NCBI RefSeq assembly: GCF_902713615.1
Contig: NC_052146.1
Location: 310,326,335-310,390,334, forward strand
DNA: 64,000 bases
Direction: 5' to 3'
Source: Scyliorhinus canicula
Lineage: Eukaryota
In this document: piece by piece, positions 54,101 through 63,700 of the stretch
Layout: every line of letters starts with the position of its first letter
Position numbering within the stretch: position 1 is the first letter of the stretch
Notes under the pieces: model-generated
Databases searched by the model: none
The model's input: only the letters and a program-made list of their open reading frames with translations
What the model was told of the DNA's origin: nothing
Program-made: the position numbers and the translations under genes

Positions 54101-57100
54101 CACACAAGTGTTGATGAAGACATTGCAAAAGGAAATTGATAATTCAGGGAAGATAGAAAATGCACGAGGAAGGAAAATAGGACAATGTGGGAGTGAAAGT
54201 TAGTTCTCAGGAAAGGCTTATCCTCACCAGGTAGGAATGGTTAAATGGTGACGGCCGCGCTGTAATTCCTGTGTTTCTAACATGTCGCTCTCAGACACGT
54301 CGTGACGTTATTGTGATTTATTAATTCTGACACATTTTCCCCATCACAGAGTTTGTCAAAGTTCAGGCATTACTTTTGGCAGCTATGGGTCCATCTTGGA
54401 CCTTTCACACTTTCTCCTGGCCAACCAGGAGGTTCCCAAATCCTCGGTGCAGGGGGTCAATGACCAGCAAACCACCCAGCTGAATGTCCACATTGCTACA
54501 TTTCCAGCCAGTTCACCAAGCCCACACTCAGGAAGGTGAAGCCAGCCGAGGATGGCGGCTCCCGAGAGACACACACCAGCCTTGGAATCCTGTTCCATCA
54601 GCTCAATGTCACTGTCAGGAACAGAGACGACACAAGATGCAGCAATTAATTTACCATCCTGACCCCCATCCCGAAAATAAACTCTGAACATCACTGACTC
54701 CTGCACGAACTCAGCTGCCATAGATTGCTGCTCTGTTAGCTGTGAATATCGAACTCTGCTTCATCTTTAAGGAAACTTGGTCACAATTGGTTGAATCCCT
54801 CAGTCACTGCATCATTATGACACAGATGGAGGCCATTCTGCCCTTTGAGTCTATGCTAGCACTCTGCAGAGGAATTCAGTTGGTTAAATTCTAATTATTT
54901 ATTCACTGAGGTCGGAAATTTAATTTCCTCAAATGCTCATTCAATTTCCTTTTGATCTCTGCTTCCACTGTCCTCGTGGGCAGCAAGTTCTAGCTCATTA
55001 CCCCCCTCCCTCCCTCCCCCCGCCATCCCTGATCTCTTCCCCAATATCTTAAATCTGTCTCCCCCAGTCCTGGTGCCATCCGCAAATGGGGAAAACTGTT
55101 CCTTGTCTGATCCAAACCTGTCAAAGTCACCTCAAAGAGCTGATATCAAACCAACCAACCAATTATAACGTGTGGAGTTTTATTGTGAGGAGTAAGAGAT
55201 ATTCGTTGCAGTTACAAACACACAAACAGGGAACAGGAGTCGATGTTCTTACCTCAATGCAGACCCGGTGTTAATTGTTTTATTGAGATGTTCACTGATA
55301 TTTCTGCTGTAGTAAATCATTGACTTTTTTCTGTACAGTTTGCCTGGAGCCCCAGAAGGTGAACTGAACACAGTATACGCAAGTGTCTGTGGTAAGAAAC
55401 CGTTTAAATCTGTCACAAACTCATCATTCCAAATCATATTTATTGTAAAGCATTGTTTCTAAACATCAGTTGGATGAATTTTGTCCTCACCTTTGTTATC
55501 CCAGAAAAATGGAGATTTTCCAGTTTCAATCACTTAACATCGATATCACGGTATTGCACAGTGAGCCGCAGAGTAATGCTCACTCTCACAGTGCAGCACT
55601 CCCTCAGTACTGACCCTCTGACAGTGAGGCACTCCCTCAGTACTGACCCTCTGACAGTGCAGCACTCCCTCAGTACTGACCCTCTGACAGTGCAGCGCTC
55701 CTTCAGTACTGACCCTCTGACAGTGCAGCACTCCCTCAGTACTGACCCTCTGACAGTGCAGCACTCCCTCAGTACTGACCCTCTGACAGTGCAGCACTCC
55801 CTCAGTACTGACACTCTCACAGTTCAGCGCTCCTTCAGTACTGACCCTCTGACAGTGCAGCACTCCCTCAGTACTGACCCTCTGATAGTGCGGCACTCCC
55901 TCAGTACTGACACTCTGACAGTGCAGCACTCCCTCAGTACTGACCCTCTCACAGTGCAGCACTCCCTCAGCACTGACCCTCTAACAGTGTGGCACTCCCT
56001 CAGTACTGACCCTCTGACAGTGCGGCACTCCCTCAGTTCTGACCCTCTGACAGTGCAGCACTCCCTCAGTACTGACCCTCTGACAGTGCGGCACTCCCTC
56101 AGTACTGACCCTCTGACAGTGCAGCACTCCCTCAGCACTGACCCTCTGACAGTGCAGCACTCCCTCAGTACTGACCCTCTCACAGTGCAGCACTCCCTCA
56201 GAACTGACCCTCTGACAGTGCAGCACTCCGTCAGTACTGACCCTCTGACAGTTTAGCACTCCCTCAGTACTGACCCTCTGACAGTGCAGCGCTCCTTCAG
56301 TACTGACACTCTGACAGTGCGGCATTCCCTCAGTTCTGACCCTCTGACAGTGAGGCACTCCCTCAGTACTGACCCTCTGACAGTGCAGCACTCCCTCAGT
56401 ACTGACCCTCTGACAGTGCCGCACTCCCTCAGTACTGACCATCTGACATTGCAGCACTCCCTCAGTACTGACCCTCTGACAGTGCAGCACTCCCTCAGTA
56501 CTGACCCTCTGACAGTGTGGCACTCCCTCAGTACTGACCATCTGACAGTGCGGCACTCCCTCAGTACTGACCCTCTGACAGTGCAGCACTCCCTCAGTAC
56601 AGACCCTCTAACAGTGCAGCACTCCCTCAGTACTGTCCGTCTGACAGTGTGGAACTCCCTCAGTACTGACCCTCTGACAGTGCGGCACTCCCTCAGTACT
56701 GACCCTCTGACAGTGCAGCACTCCCTCAGTACTGACCCTCTGACAGTGCAGTGCTCCCTCAGTACTGACCCTCTGACAGTGCAGTGCTCCCTCAGTACTG
56801 ACCCTCTCACAGTGCAGCACTCTCCCAGTACTGAGCCTCTGACAGTGCGGCACTCCCTCAGTACCGACCCTCTGACAGTGCAGCACTCCCTCAGTACTGA
56901 CCCTCTGACAGTGCAGCACTCCCTCAGTACTGACCCTCTGACAGTGCAGCACTCCCTCAGTACTGACCCTCTGACAGTGCAGCACTCCCTCAGTACTGAC
57001 CCTCTGACAGTGCAGCACTCCCTCAGTACTGACCCTCTGACAGTGCAGCACTCCCTCAGTACTGACCCTCTGACAGTGCAGCACTCCCTCAGTACTGACA

Positions 57101-60100
57101 CTCTCACAGTTCAGCGCTCCTTCAGTACTGACCCTCTGACAGTGCAGCACTCCCTCAGTACTGACCCTCTGATAGTGCGGCACTCCCTCAGTACTGACAC
57201 TCTGACAGTGCAGCACTCCCTCAGTACTGACCCTCTCACAGTGCAGCACTCCCTCAGCACTGACCCTCTAACAGTGTGGCACTCCCTCAGTACTGACCCT
57301 CTGACAGTGCGGCACTCCCTCAGTTCTGACCCTCTGACAGTGCAGCACTCCCTCAGCACTGACCCTCTGACAGTGCAGCACTCCGTCAGTACTGACCCTC
57401 TGACAGTTTAGCACTCCCTCAGTACTGACCCTCTGACAGTGCAGCGCTCCTTCAGTACTGACACTCTGACAGTGCGGCATTCCCTCAGTTCTGACCCTCT
57501 GACAGTGAGGCACTCCCTCAGTACTTACCCTCTGACAGTGCAGCACTCCCTCAGTACTGACCCTCTGACAGTGCCGCACTCCCTCAGTACTGACCATCTG
57601 ACATTGCAGCACTCCCTCAGTACTGACCCTCTGACAGTGCAGCACTCCCTCAGTACTGACCCTCTGACAGTGTGGCACTCCCTCAGTACTGACCATCTGA
57701 CAGTGCGGCACTCCCTCAGTACTGACCCTCTGACAGTGCAGCACTCCCTCAGTACAGACCCTCTAACAGTGCAGCACTCCCTCAGTACTGTCCGTCTGAC
57801 AGTGTGGCACTCCCTCAGTACTGACCCTCTGACAGTGCGGCACTCCCTCAGTACTGACCCTCTGACAGTGCAGCACTCCCTCAGTACTGACCCTCTGACA
57901 GTGCAGTGCTCCCTCAGTACTGACCCTCTGACAGTGCAGTGCTCCCTCAGTACTGACCCTCTCACAGTGCAGCACTCTCCCAGTACTGAGCCTCTGACAG
58001 TGCGGCACTCCCTCAGTACCGACCCTCTGACAGTGCAGCACTCCCTCAGTACTGACCCTCTGACAGTGCAGTACTCCCTCAGTACTGACCCTCTGACAGT
58101 GCAGCACTCCCTCAGTACTGACCCTCTGACAGTGCAGCACTCCCTCAGTACTGACCCTCTGACAGTGCAGCACTCCCTCAGTACTGACCCTCTGACAGTG
58201 CAGCACTCCCTCAGTACTGACCCTCTGACAGTGAGGCACTCCCTCAGTACTGACCCTCTGACAGTGCAGCACTCCCTCAGTACTGACCCTCTGACAGTGC
58301 AGCGCTCCTTCAGTACTGACCCTCTGACAGTGCAGCACTCCCTCAGTACTGACCCTCTGACAGTGCAGCACTCCCTCAGTACTGACCCTCTGACAGTGCA
58401 GCACTCCCTCAGTACTGACACTCTCACAGTTCAGCGCTCCTTCAGTACTGACCCTCTGACAGTGCAGCACTCCCTCAGTACTGACCCTCTGATAGTGCGG
58501 CACTCCCTCAGTACTGACACTCTGACAGTGCAGCACTCCCTCAGTACTGACCCTCTCACAGTGCAGCACTCCCTCAGCACTGACCCTCTAACAGTGTGGC
58601 ACTCCCTCAGTACTGACCCTCTGACAGTGCGGCACTCCCTCAGTTCTGACCCTCTGACAGTGCAGCACTCCCTCAGCACTGACCCTCTGACAGTGCAGCA
58701 CTCCCTCAGTACTGACCCTCTCACAGTGCAGCACTCCCTCAGAACTGACCCTCTGACAGTGCAGCACTCCGTCAGTACTGACCCTCTGACAGTTTAGCAC
58801 TCCCTCAGTACTGACCCTCTGACAGTGCAGCGCTCCTTCAGTACTGACACTCTGACAGTGCGGCATTCCCTCAGTTCTGACCCTCTGACAGTGAGGCACT
58901 CCCTCAGTACTGACCCTCTGACAGTGCAGCACTCCCTCAGTACTGACCCTCTGACAGTGCCGCACTCCCTCAGTACTGACCATCTGACATTGCAGCACTC
59001 CCTCAGTACTGACCCTCTGACAGTGCAGCACTCCCTCAGTACTGACCCTCTGACAGTGTGGCACTCCCTCAGTACTGACCATCTGACAGTGCGGCACTCC
59101 CTCAGTACTGACCCTCTGACAGTGCAGCACTCCCTCAGTACAGACCCTCTAACAGTGCAGCACTCCCTCAGTACTGTCCGTCTGACAGTGTGGCACTCCC
59201 TCAGTACTGACCCTCTGACAGTGCGGCACTCCCTCAGTACTGACCCTCTGACAGTGCAGCACTCCCTCAGTACTGACCCTCTGACAGTGCAGTGCTCCCT
59301 CAGTACTGACCCTCTGACAGTGCAGTGCTCCCTCAGTACTGACCCTCTCACAGTGCAGCACTCTCCCAGTACTGAGCCTCTGACAGTGCGGCACTCCCTC
59401 AGTACCGACCCTCTGACAGTGCAGCACTCCCTCAGTACTGACCCTCTGACAGTGCAGCACTCCCTCAGTACTGACCCTCTGACAGTGCAGCACTCCCTCA
59501 GTACTGACCCTCTGACAGTGCAGCACTCCCTCAGTACTGACCCTCTGACAGTGCAGCACTCCCTCAGTACTGACCCTCTGACAGTGCAGCACTCCCTCAG
59601 TACTGACCCTCTGACAGTGCAGCACTCCCTCAGTACTGACCCTCTGACAATGCAGCACTCCCTCAGTACTGACCCTCTGACAGTGCAGCACTCCCTCAGT
59701 ACTGACCCTCTGATAGTGCAGCACTCCCTCAGTACTGACCCTCTGACAATGCAGCACTCCCTCAGTACTGACCCTCTGACAGTGCAGCGCTCCCTCAGTA
59801 CTGACCCTCTGACAGTGCAGCGCTCCGTCAGCACTGACTCTCTGACACTGGATCCCTCTGTCATTACACTGCTGTCTCAGTGTTCACCCTCACAGTACAA
59901 TGCTGCACGTGTTCTACACACTCCAGTGGCTGGAGTGGGCCTTGAACCCACAACCATCTCAATCAGAGGCAAGAGTCCCCACTGAGAGAAAGCTGCCTTT
60001 CATTGTGTGTGTGCTGGGCTGGTGAAGTGTGTCCAGTTCATCAGCCTGTAGTGGGATACCGTCTAACTCCACACTTCCCACACACTCCAGTTTCTCTCTG

Positions 60101-60198
60101 ATTATCAATCACATCAGCAGTTACAATCACTTCAAGATTCTTGTTTTATTCCAGGTAAAATGCCGAATAACAAAGAGGAAGCTCCAACCTCTACTGAG
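12648..60198 (+). CDS. Multi-exon gene (3' end likely outside the window): type I membrane receptor with signal peptide, 4 tandem VJ-type Ig V domains, TM and ITSM-bearing tail
   Basis: Eight exons with canonical AG/GT boundaries (52+351+345+348+345+142+53+44 = 1680 nt = 560 codons). Intron phases 1,1,1,1,1,2,1 match at every junction with no stop codon. Confidence 0.85.
13415..13615 (+). mobile_element. HE1-type SINE (partial)
   Basis: Head ggcacggtggtaccatggttagcactgctgcctcacagc and HE1 core. Confidence 0.8.
14734..14916 (+). mobile_element. Short tRNA-SINE (ggggctggtttagc family)
   Basis: Same sequence family as 6227-6399. Confidence 0.82.
15002..15185 (-). mobile_element. Short tRNA-SINE, same family, inverted relative to the 14734 copy
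   Basis: Runs from gaaaatgaaatgaaaatcgct to gctaaaccagcccc, the reverse complement of the family consensus. Confidence 0.82.
15243..19580 (-). mobile_element. Near-full-length CR1 LINE (ORF1 zinc finger + SGNH esterase; ORF2 APE endonuclease + RT), disrupted
   Basis: Minus-strand order: [12 protein letters not shown] zinc finger (19307-19555), IGDSIVR..HIGTND esterase (18650-19303), endonuclease (18103-18516, 17344-18063), RT (16493-17200, 15860-16441), then 3' tail to about 15243 beyond an inserted HE1. Confidence 0.93.
15504..15860 (+). mobile_element. HE1-type SINE inserted in the 3' part of the CR1
   Basis: Full head, core and tail; CR1 sequence continues on both sides. Confidence 0.87.
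19736..20065 (+). repeat. 80-bp tandem repeat (about 4 copies) resembling a CR1 3' tail
   Basis: Unit gggcccctcgagcctgttccaccattcagcacggtcatggtgatctgattgtcactgtctctctgtctccagaggctgct. Its first half resembles the CR1 tail cccctcgagcctgctccgccattcaatgagatcatggctgatc seen at 44768. Confidence 0.85.
20261..20611 (+). CDS. Exon 2: Ig V domain D1 with joined J-like strand ([12 protein letters not shown]...FLC...VHWYY...[23 protein letters not shown])
   Basis: Acceptor ttttctgtttacag, donor A|GTAAGT, 351 nt, phase 1-1. Has the B-strand Cys, C-strand Trp, RF in the D strand, DxAxYxC and the FGxGT motif. Confidence 0.93.
22063..22236 (-). mobile_element. Short tRNA-SINE (ggggctggtttagc family)
   Basis: Reverse complement ending gctaaacagcccc. 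Confidence 0.78.
22610..22920 (-). mobile_element. SINE remnants (short family tail joined to an HE1-type body)
   Basis: gtgaaaagcccctagtcgc segment followed by the reverse HE1 core and head (cacagacagtgaccca..ctgtgaagca). Confidence 0.65.
23477..23821 (+). CDS. Exon 3: Ig V domain D2 ([27 protein letters not shown]...VHW...[23 protein letters not shown])
   Basis: Acceptor tttttctcttaaag, donor A|GTAAGT, 345 nt, phase 1-1. Canonical V-set residues plus a GxG J-like strand. Confidence 0.93.
24325..24672 (+). mobile_element. HE1-type SINE
   Basis: Full head, core and tail as at 15504. Confidence 0.88.
25165..26188 (-). mobile_element. Putative solo-LTR-like element containing a 41-bp x5 repeat and (GA)n
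   Basis: The minus strand begins TGTAAGGACC (ggtccttaca at about 26179-26188). Non-coding, LTR-like composition. The left boundary is uncertain. Confidence 0.3.
25523..25735 (+). repeat. 41-bp tandem repeat, about 5 copies
   Basis: Unit cttctagcccaccttccttcagtccaggctttcagttcgag. Confidence 0.9.
26953..27300 (+). CDS. Exon 4: Ig V domain D3 ([28 protein letters not shown]...VHWYNQRPG...[23 protein letters not shown])
   Basis: Acceptor ttcctatgcacag, donor G|GTAAGT, 348 nt, phase 1-1. Has WYxQxPG, DTAVYxC and GxG motifs. Confidence 0.93.
28691..29038 (+). mobile_element. HE1-type SINE inserted in the 21-bp satellite
   Basis: Full HE1 flanked by satellite units on both sides. Confidence 0.9.
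34108..34462 (+). mobile_element. Duplicate of the 28691 HE1 SINE (offset 5417 bp)
   Basis: Near-identical sequence and identical satellite junctions. Confidence 0.9.
41170..42028. mobile_element. Putative solo-LTR-like element
   Basis: Non-coding block beginning TGTGA and ending ..cctACA, lying between LINE remnants. No TSD verified. Confidence 0.28.
42030..42790 (-). mobile_element. Old CR1-like LINE RT 3' fragment
   Basis: Peptides [22 protein letters not shown] and [11 protein letters not shown]. Confidence 0.75.
43040..43560 (+). mobile_element. Non-LTR retroelement fragments (RT N-terminal part and 3' end)
   Basis: [27 protein letters not shown] and [12 protein letters not shown] motifs typical of LINE RT domains. 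Confidence 0.65.
43570..44520 (-). mobile_element. CR1 LINE 3' fragment
   Basis: [20 protein letters not shown] and [11 protein letters not shown] motifs plus the 3' tail. Confidence 0.88.
44719..45295 (-). mobile_element. Young CR1 3' end
   Basis: (cataagaa)n tail and ORF2 C-terminus; nearly identical to 48940-49490. Confidence 0.88.
45711..45822 (+). mobile_element. Short tRNA-SINE ending about 20 nt upstream of the D4 acceptor
   Basis: ggggctggtttagcacagtgggctaaacagctgg head to gacaataagcg(att)n tail. Confidence 0.75.
45846..46190 (+). CDS. Exon 5: Ig V domain D4, about 96% identical in nucleotides to D2
   Basis: Acceptor atattttttctag, donor A|GTAAGT, 345 nt, phase 1-1, intact V-set motifs. 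I count 14 differences from D2 over 345 nt. Confidence 0.92.
46790..47702. mobile_element. Putative solo-LTR-like element
   Basis: Non-coding block ending ggctACA with LTR-like composition. Boundaries uncertain. Confidence 0.25.
48258..48530. mobile_element. Truncated GC-rich MITE
   Basis: Starts gggcggaattctcc, the same TIR type as 7079 and 8439; CpG-rich. Confidence 0.6.
48660..52900 (-). mobile_element. Cluster of CR1 LINE fragments (ORF2 RT pieces and ORF1 zinc finger/esterase)
   Basis: ORFs 49034-49642 and 49697-50488 (RT), 50872-51595 fragments, 51932-52666 (IGDLIVRG esterase) and 52679-52894 (CSSCSMWE zinc finger). Confidence 0.88.
51578..51795 (+). repeat. 35-bp tandem repeat, about 6 copies, inside a CR1 remnant
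   Basis: Unit cattagggtgaggggcatttatctgtctctggccc. Confidence 0.92.
53594..53735 (+). CDS. Exon 6: short stalk + transmembrane + juxtamembrane ((K)[46 protein letters not shown](S))
   Basis: Acceptor gatattttccag, donor AG|GTAAAT. Read in phase 1 it gives a ~25-aa hydrophobic helix followed by a basic KK stop-transfer. Ends in phase 2. Absent from the ORF track because it has no start codon. Confidence 0.87.
55339..55391 (+). CDS. Exon 7: cytoplasmic exon with tyrosine motif ((S)[17 protein letters not shown](G))
   Basis: Acceptor ttttttctgtacag, donor G|GTAAGA, 53 nt. Begins in phase 2 (matches the TM exon) and ends in phase 1. Encodes TxYxxV. Confidence 0.82.
55575..59850 (+). repeat. 4.3-kb 33-bp minisatellite (CAGTGCAGCACTCCCTCAGTACTGACCCTCTGA)n with 1155- and 1386-bp higher-order periods
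   Basis: Directly visible units. The variant gacagtttagcact recurs at about 56251, 57406 and 58792. Confidence 0.97.
59850..59990 (-). mobile_element. tRNA-derived SINE head contiguous with the 33-bp array
   Basis: The minus strand reads actcttgcctctgattgagatggttgtgggttcaaggcccactccag (B-box-like) and grades into the repeat unit. Confidence 0.65.
60155..60198 (+). CDS. Exon 8: cytoplasmic exon ((G)[14 protein letters not shown])
   Basis: Acceptor ttgttttattccag, donor AG|GTAAGG, 44 nt. Begins in phase 1 (matches exon 7) and ends in phase 0. No stop codon, so at least one more exon follows. Confidence 0.72.
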
Positions 60199-60435
60199 GT
60201 AAGGGCTTTTTGACAGATATCATATTGCTAATTGGAGATCATTCCTTCTCTTTAACTCCACACACCAGAGTTTGGTTAGTTACATATCTGCCGTCCCCAT
60301 TCTGAATGAGCCGACTCTGACTGGGGAACAGATCCCAAATATCAGCACAGCTTCCTGTAGCCACATCCCACCACTCTTCCACCTGGAATTAAAAACAAAA
60401 CACCACACACGCTGCAAATCTGAAATAAGAACATT

Positions 60436-60588
60436 AAATGCTGCAAAATCTCAGCAGGTCTGGCAGCATCTGTGGAGATAGAAACAGAATTAACGTTTCA
60501 AGTTCACAATGATTCTGAAGAAATTCAACGTTAATTCCGTCTCTCTTTCCACAGCTGCTGCCAGACCTGCTGAGCTCTTCCAGCATTT
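60436..60588. repeat. Imperfect ~150-bp inverted repeat (hairpin) built from a dispersed repeat terminus
   Basis: Arms aaatgctg..ctcagcaggtctggcagcatctgtggag..gaattaacgtt and aacgttaattc..ccacagctgctgccagacctgctgag..cagcattt. A single arm also occurs at about 48060-48150. Confidence 0.75.
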
Positions 60589-60724
60589 CCTCTTCTTATT
60601 CCAGTTTAAGGTGTATCGGGCGGAGAGAATCATTAAGATGGGATTTAATGGAAATGAAACAGAGTCTCGTGTCGGAGTCATTCAGCCGGGGATTTCTCAG
60701 CTCTGCAAGTTATCAAACCGGGTC

Positions 60725-63700
60725 CTGGAACACGGTCCCGCTATTAAACGGGACCCAGGGACACGGCCCCGCTATTAAACGGGACCCTGGGACACGGCCC
60801 CGCTATTAAACGGGACCCTGGTTGCGGCCCGGCTATTAAACGGGACCCTGGGACACGGCCCCTATTAAACGGGACCCTGGGACACGGCCCCGCTATTAAA
60901 CGGGACCCTGGGACACGGCCCCGCTATTAAACGGGACCCTGGACACGGCCCCGCTATTAAACGGGACCCTGGGACACGGCCCCGCTATTAAACGGGACCC
61001 TGGGACACGGCCCCGCTATTAAACGGGACCCTGGGACACGGCCCCGCTATTAAACGGGACCCTGGGACACGGCCCCGCTATTCAACGGGACCCTGGGACA
61101 CGGCCCCTATTAAACGGGACCCTGGGATACGGCCCGATATTAAACGGAACCCTGGGACACGGTCCCGCTATTAAACGGGACCCTGGGACACGGACCCACT
61201 ATTAAACGGGACACTGGGACACGGACCCACTATTAAACGGGACCCTGGGACACGGTCCCTATTAAATGGGACCCTGGGACACGGCCCCGATATTAAACGG
61301 GACCCTGGGACACGGCCCCTATTAAACGGGACCCTGGGACACGGACCCACTATTAAAGGGGACCCTGGGACACGGTCCCTATTAAACGGGACCCTGAGAC
61401 ACGGCCCCGCTATTAAACGGGACCCTGGGACACGGTCCCGCTATTAAACGGGACCCTGGGACACGGACCCACTATTAAACGGGACCCTGGGACATGGCCC
61501 CGCTATTAAACGGGACCCTGGGACACAGCCCCGCTATTAAACGGGACCCTGGGACACGGTCCCTATTAAACGGGACCCTGGGACACGGCCCCGCTATTAA
61601 ACGGGACCCTGGGTTGCGGCCCCGCTATTAAATGGGACCCTGGGACACGGTCCCGCTATTAAACGGGACCCTGGGACACGGCCCCGCTATTAAACGGGAC
61701 CCTGGGACACGGCCCCGCTATTAAATGGGACCCTGGGACACGGTCCCTATTAAACGGGACCCTGGGACACGGTCCCTATTAAACGGGATCCCGGGACACG
61801 GTCCCTATTAAACGGGACCCTGGGACACGGTCCCCCTATTAAACGGGACCCTGGGACACGGCCCCGCTATTAAACGGGATCCTGGGACACGGCCCCGTTA
61901 TTAAACGGGATCCTGGGACACGGCCCCGCTATTAAACGGGACCCTGGGACACAGTCCCGCTATTAAACGGGACCCTGGGACACGGTCCCTATTAAACGGG
62001 ACCCTGGGACACGGCCCCGCTATTAAACGGGACCCTGGGTTGCGGCCCCGCTATTAAACGGGACCCTGGGACACGGTCCCCCTATTAAACGGGACCCTGG
62101 ACACGGCCCCGCTATTAAACGGGATCCTGGGACACGGCCCCGCTATTAAACGGGACCCTGGGACACGGTCCTGCTATTAAACGGGACCCTGGGACACGGC
62201 CCCGCTATTAAACGGGACCCTGGGACACGGTCCCTATTAAACGGGATCCTGGGACACGGTCCCGCTATTAAACGGGATCCTGGGACACGGTCCCTATTAA
62301 ACGGGACCCTGGGACATGGTCCCTATTAAACGGGACTCTGGGACACGGTCCCTATTAAACGGGACCCTGGGACACGGCCCCGCTATTAAACGGGACCCTG
62401 GGACACGGTCCCTATTAAACGGGACCCTGGGACACGGCCCCGCTATTAAACGGGACCCTGGGACACGGCCCCGCTATTAAACGGGACCCTGGGACACGGC
62501 CCCTATTAAACGGGACCCTGGGACACGGCCCCGCTATTAAACGGGACCCTGGGACACGGCCCCGCTATTAAACGGGACCATGGGACACGGTCCCTATTAA
62601 ACGGGACCCTGAGACACGGCCCCGCTATTAAACGGGACCCTGGGACACGTCCCGCTATTAAACGGTACCCTGGGACACGGACCCGCTATTAAACGGGACC
62701 CTGGGACACGGTCCCTATTAAACGGGACCCTGGGACACGGTCCCTATTAAACGGGATCCCGGGACACGGTCCCTATTAAACGGGACCCTGGGACACGGTC
62801 CCCCTATTAAACGGGACCCTGGGACACGGCCCCGCTATTAAACGGGACCCTGGGACACGGTCCCGCTATTAAACGGGACCCTGGGACACGGTCCCCATAT
62901 TAAACGGGACCCTGGGACACGGCCCCGCTATTAAACGGGATCCTGGGACACGGCCCCGCTATTAAACGGGATCCTGGGACACGGCCCCGCTATTAAACGG
63001 GACCCTGGACACGGCCCCGCTATTAAACGGGACCCTGGACACGGCCCCGCTATTAAACGGGACCCTGGGACACGGCCCCGCTATTAAACGGGACCCTGGG
63101 ACACGGCCCTTATTAAACGGGACCCTGGGACACGGCCCCGATATTAAACGGAACCCTGGGACACGGTCCCGCTATTAAACGGGACCCTGGGACACGGACC
63201 CACTATTAAACGGGACACTGGGACACGGACCCACTATTAAACGGGACCCTGGGACACGGTCCCTATTAAATGGGACCCTGGGACACGGCCCCGATATTAA
63301 ACGGGACCCTGGGACACGGCCCCTATTAAACGGGACCCTGGGACACGGACCCACTATTAAAGGGGACCCTGGGACACGGTCCCTATTAAACGGGACCCTG
63401 AGACACGGCCCCGCTATTAAACGGGACCCTGGGACACGGTCCCGCTATTAAACGGGACCCTGGGACACGGACCCACTATTAAACGGGACCCTGGGACACG
63501 GTCCCTATTAAACGGGACCCTGGGACACGGTCCCTATTAAACGGGACACTGGGACACGGTCCCTATTAAACGGGATCCTGGGACACGGCCCCGCTATTAA
63601 CCGGGACCCTGGGACCCAGCCCCGCTATTCAACGGGACCCTGGGACACAGTCCCGCTATTAAACGGGACCCTGGGACACGGTCCCTATTAAACGGGACCC

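Noticed and set aside
55580-59350. CACAGTG heptamers in the 33-bp array as recombination signals
   Set aside because: They are single-base variants of the repeat unit with no nonamer at 12/23 spacing, and they are far from the V exons.
55453-59985. Long ORFs of [11 protein letters not shown] / [11 protein letters not shown] / [11 protein letters not shown] repeats (could be mistaken for zinc-finger or Cys-rich proteins)
   Set aside because: Translations of the 33-bp minisatellite, open on both strands.
12648-60198. CD4/LAG-3 (four Ig domains), CD8 or NKp30 orthologue
   Set aside because: CD4/LAG-3 are V-C2-V-C2 and CD4 has a CxC Lck motif; CD8 and NKp30 have one V domain, and NKp30 has a charged TM. 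Here all four domains are VJ-type, the TM is uncharged and there is no CxC motif. No symbol was assigned.
60605-60778. Terminal coding exon FKVYRAERIIK...RPRY*
   Set aside because: The phase fits, but the acceptor comes from a repeat arm, the frame runs into the minisatellite and it has no recognisable motif. It is not included in the gene model and is kept only as a low-interest possibility.
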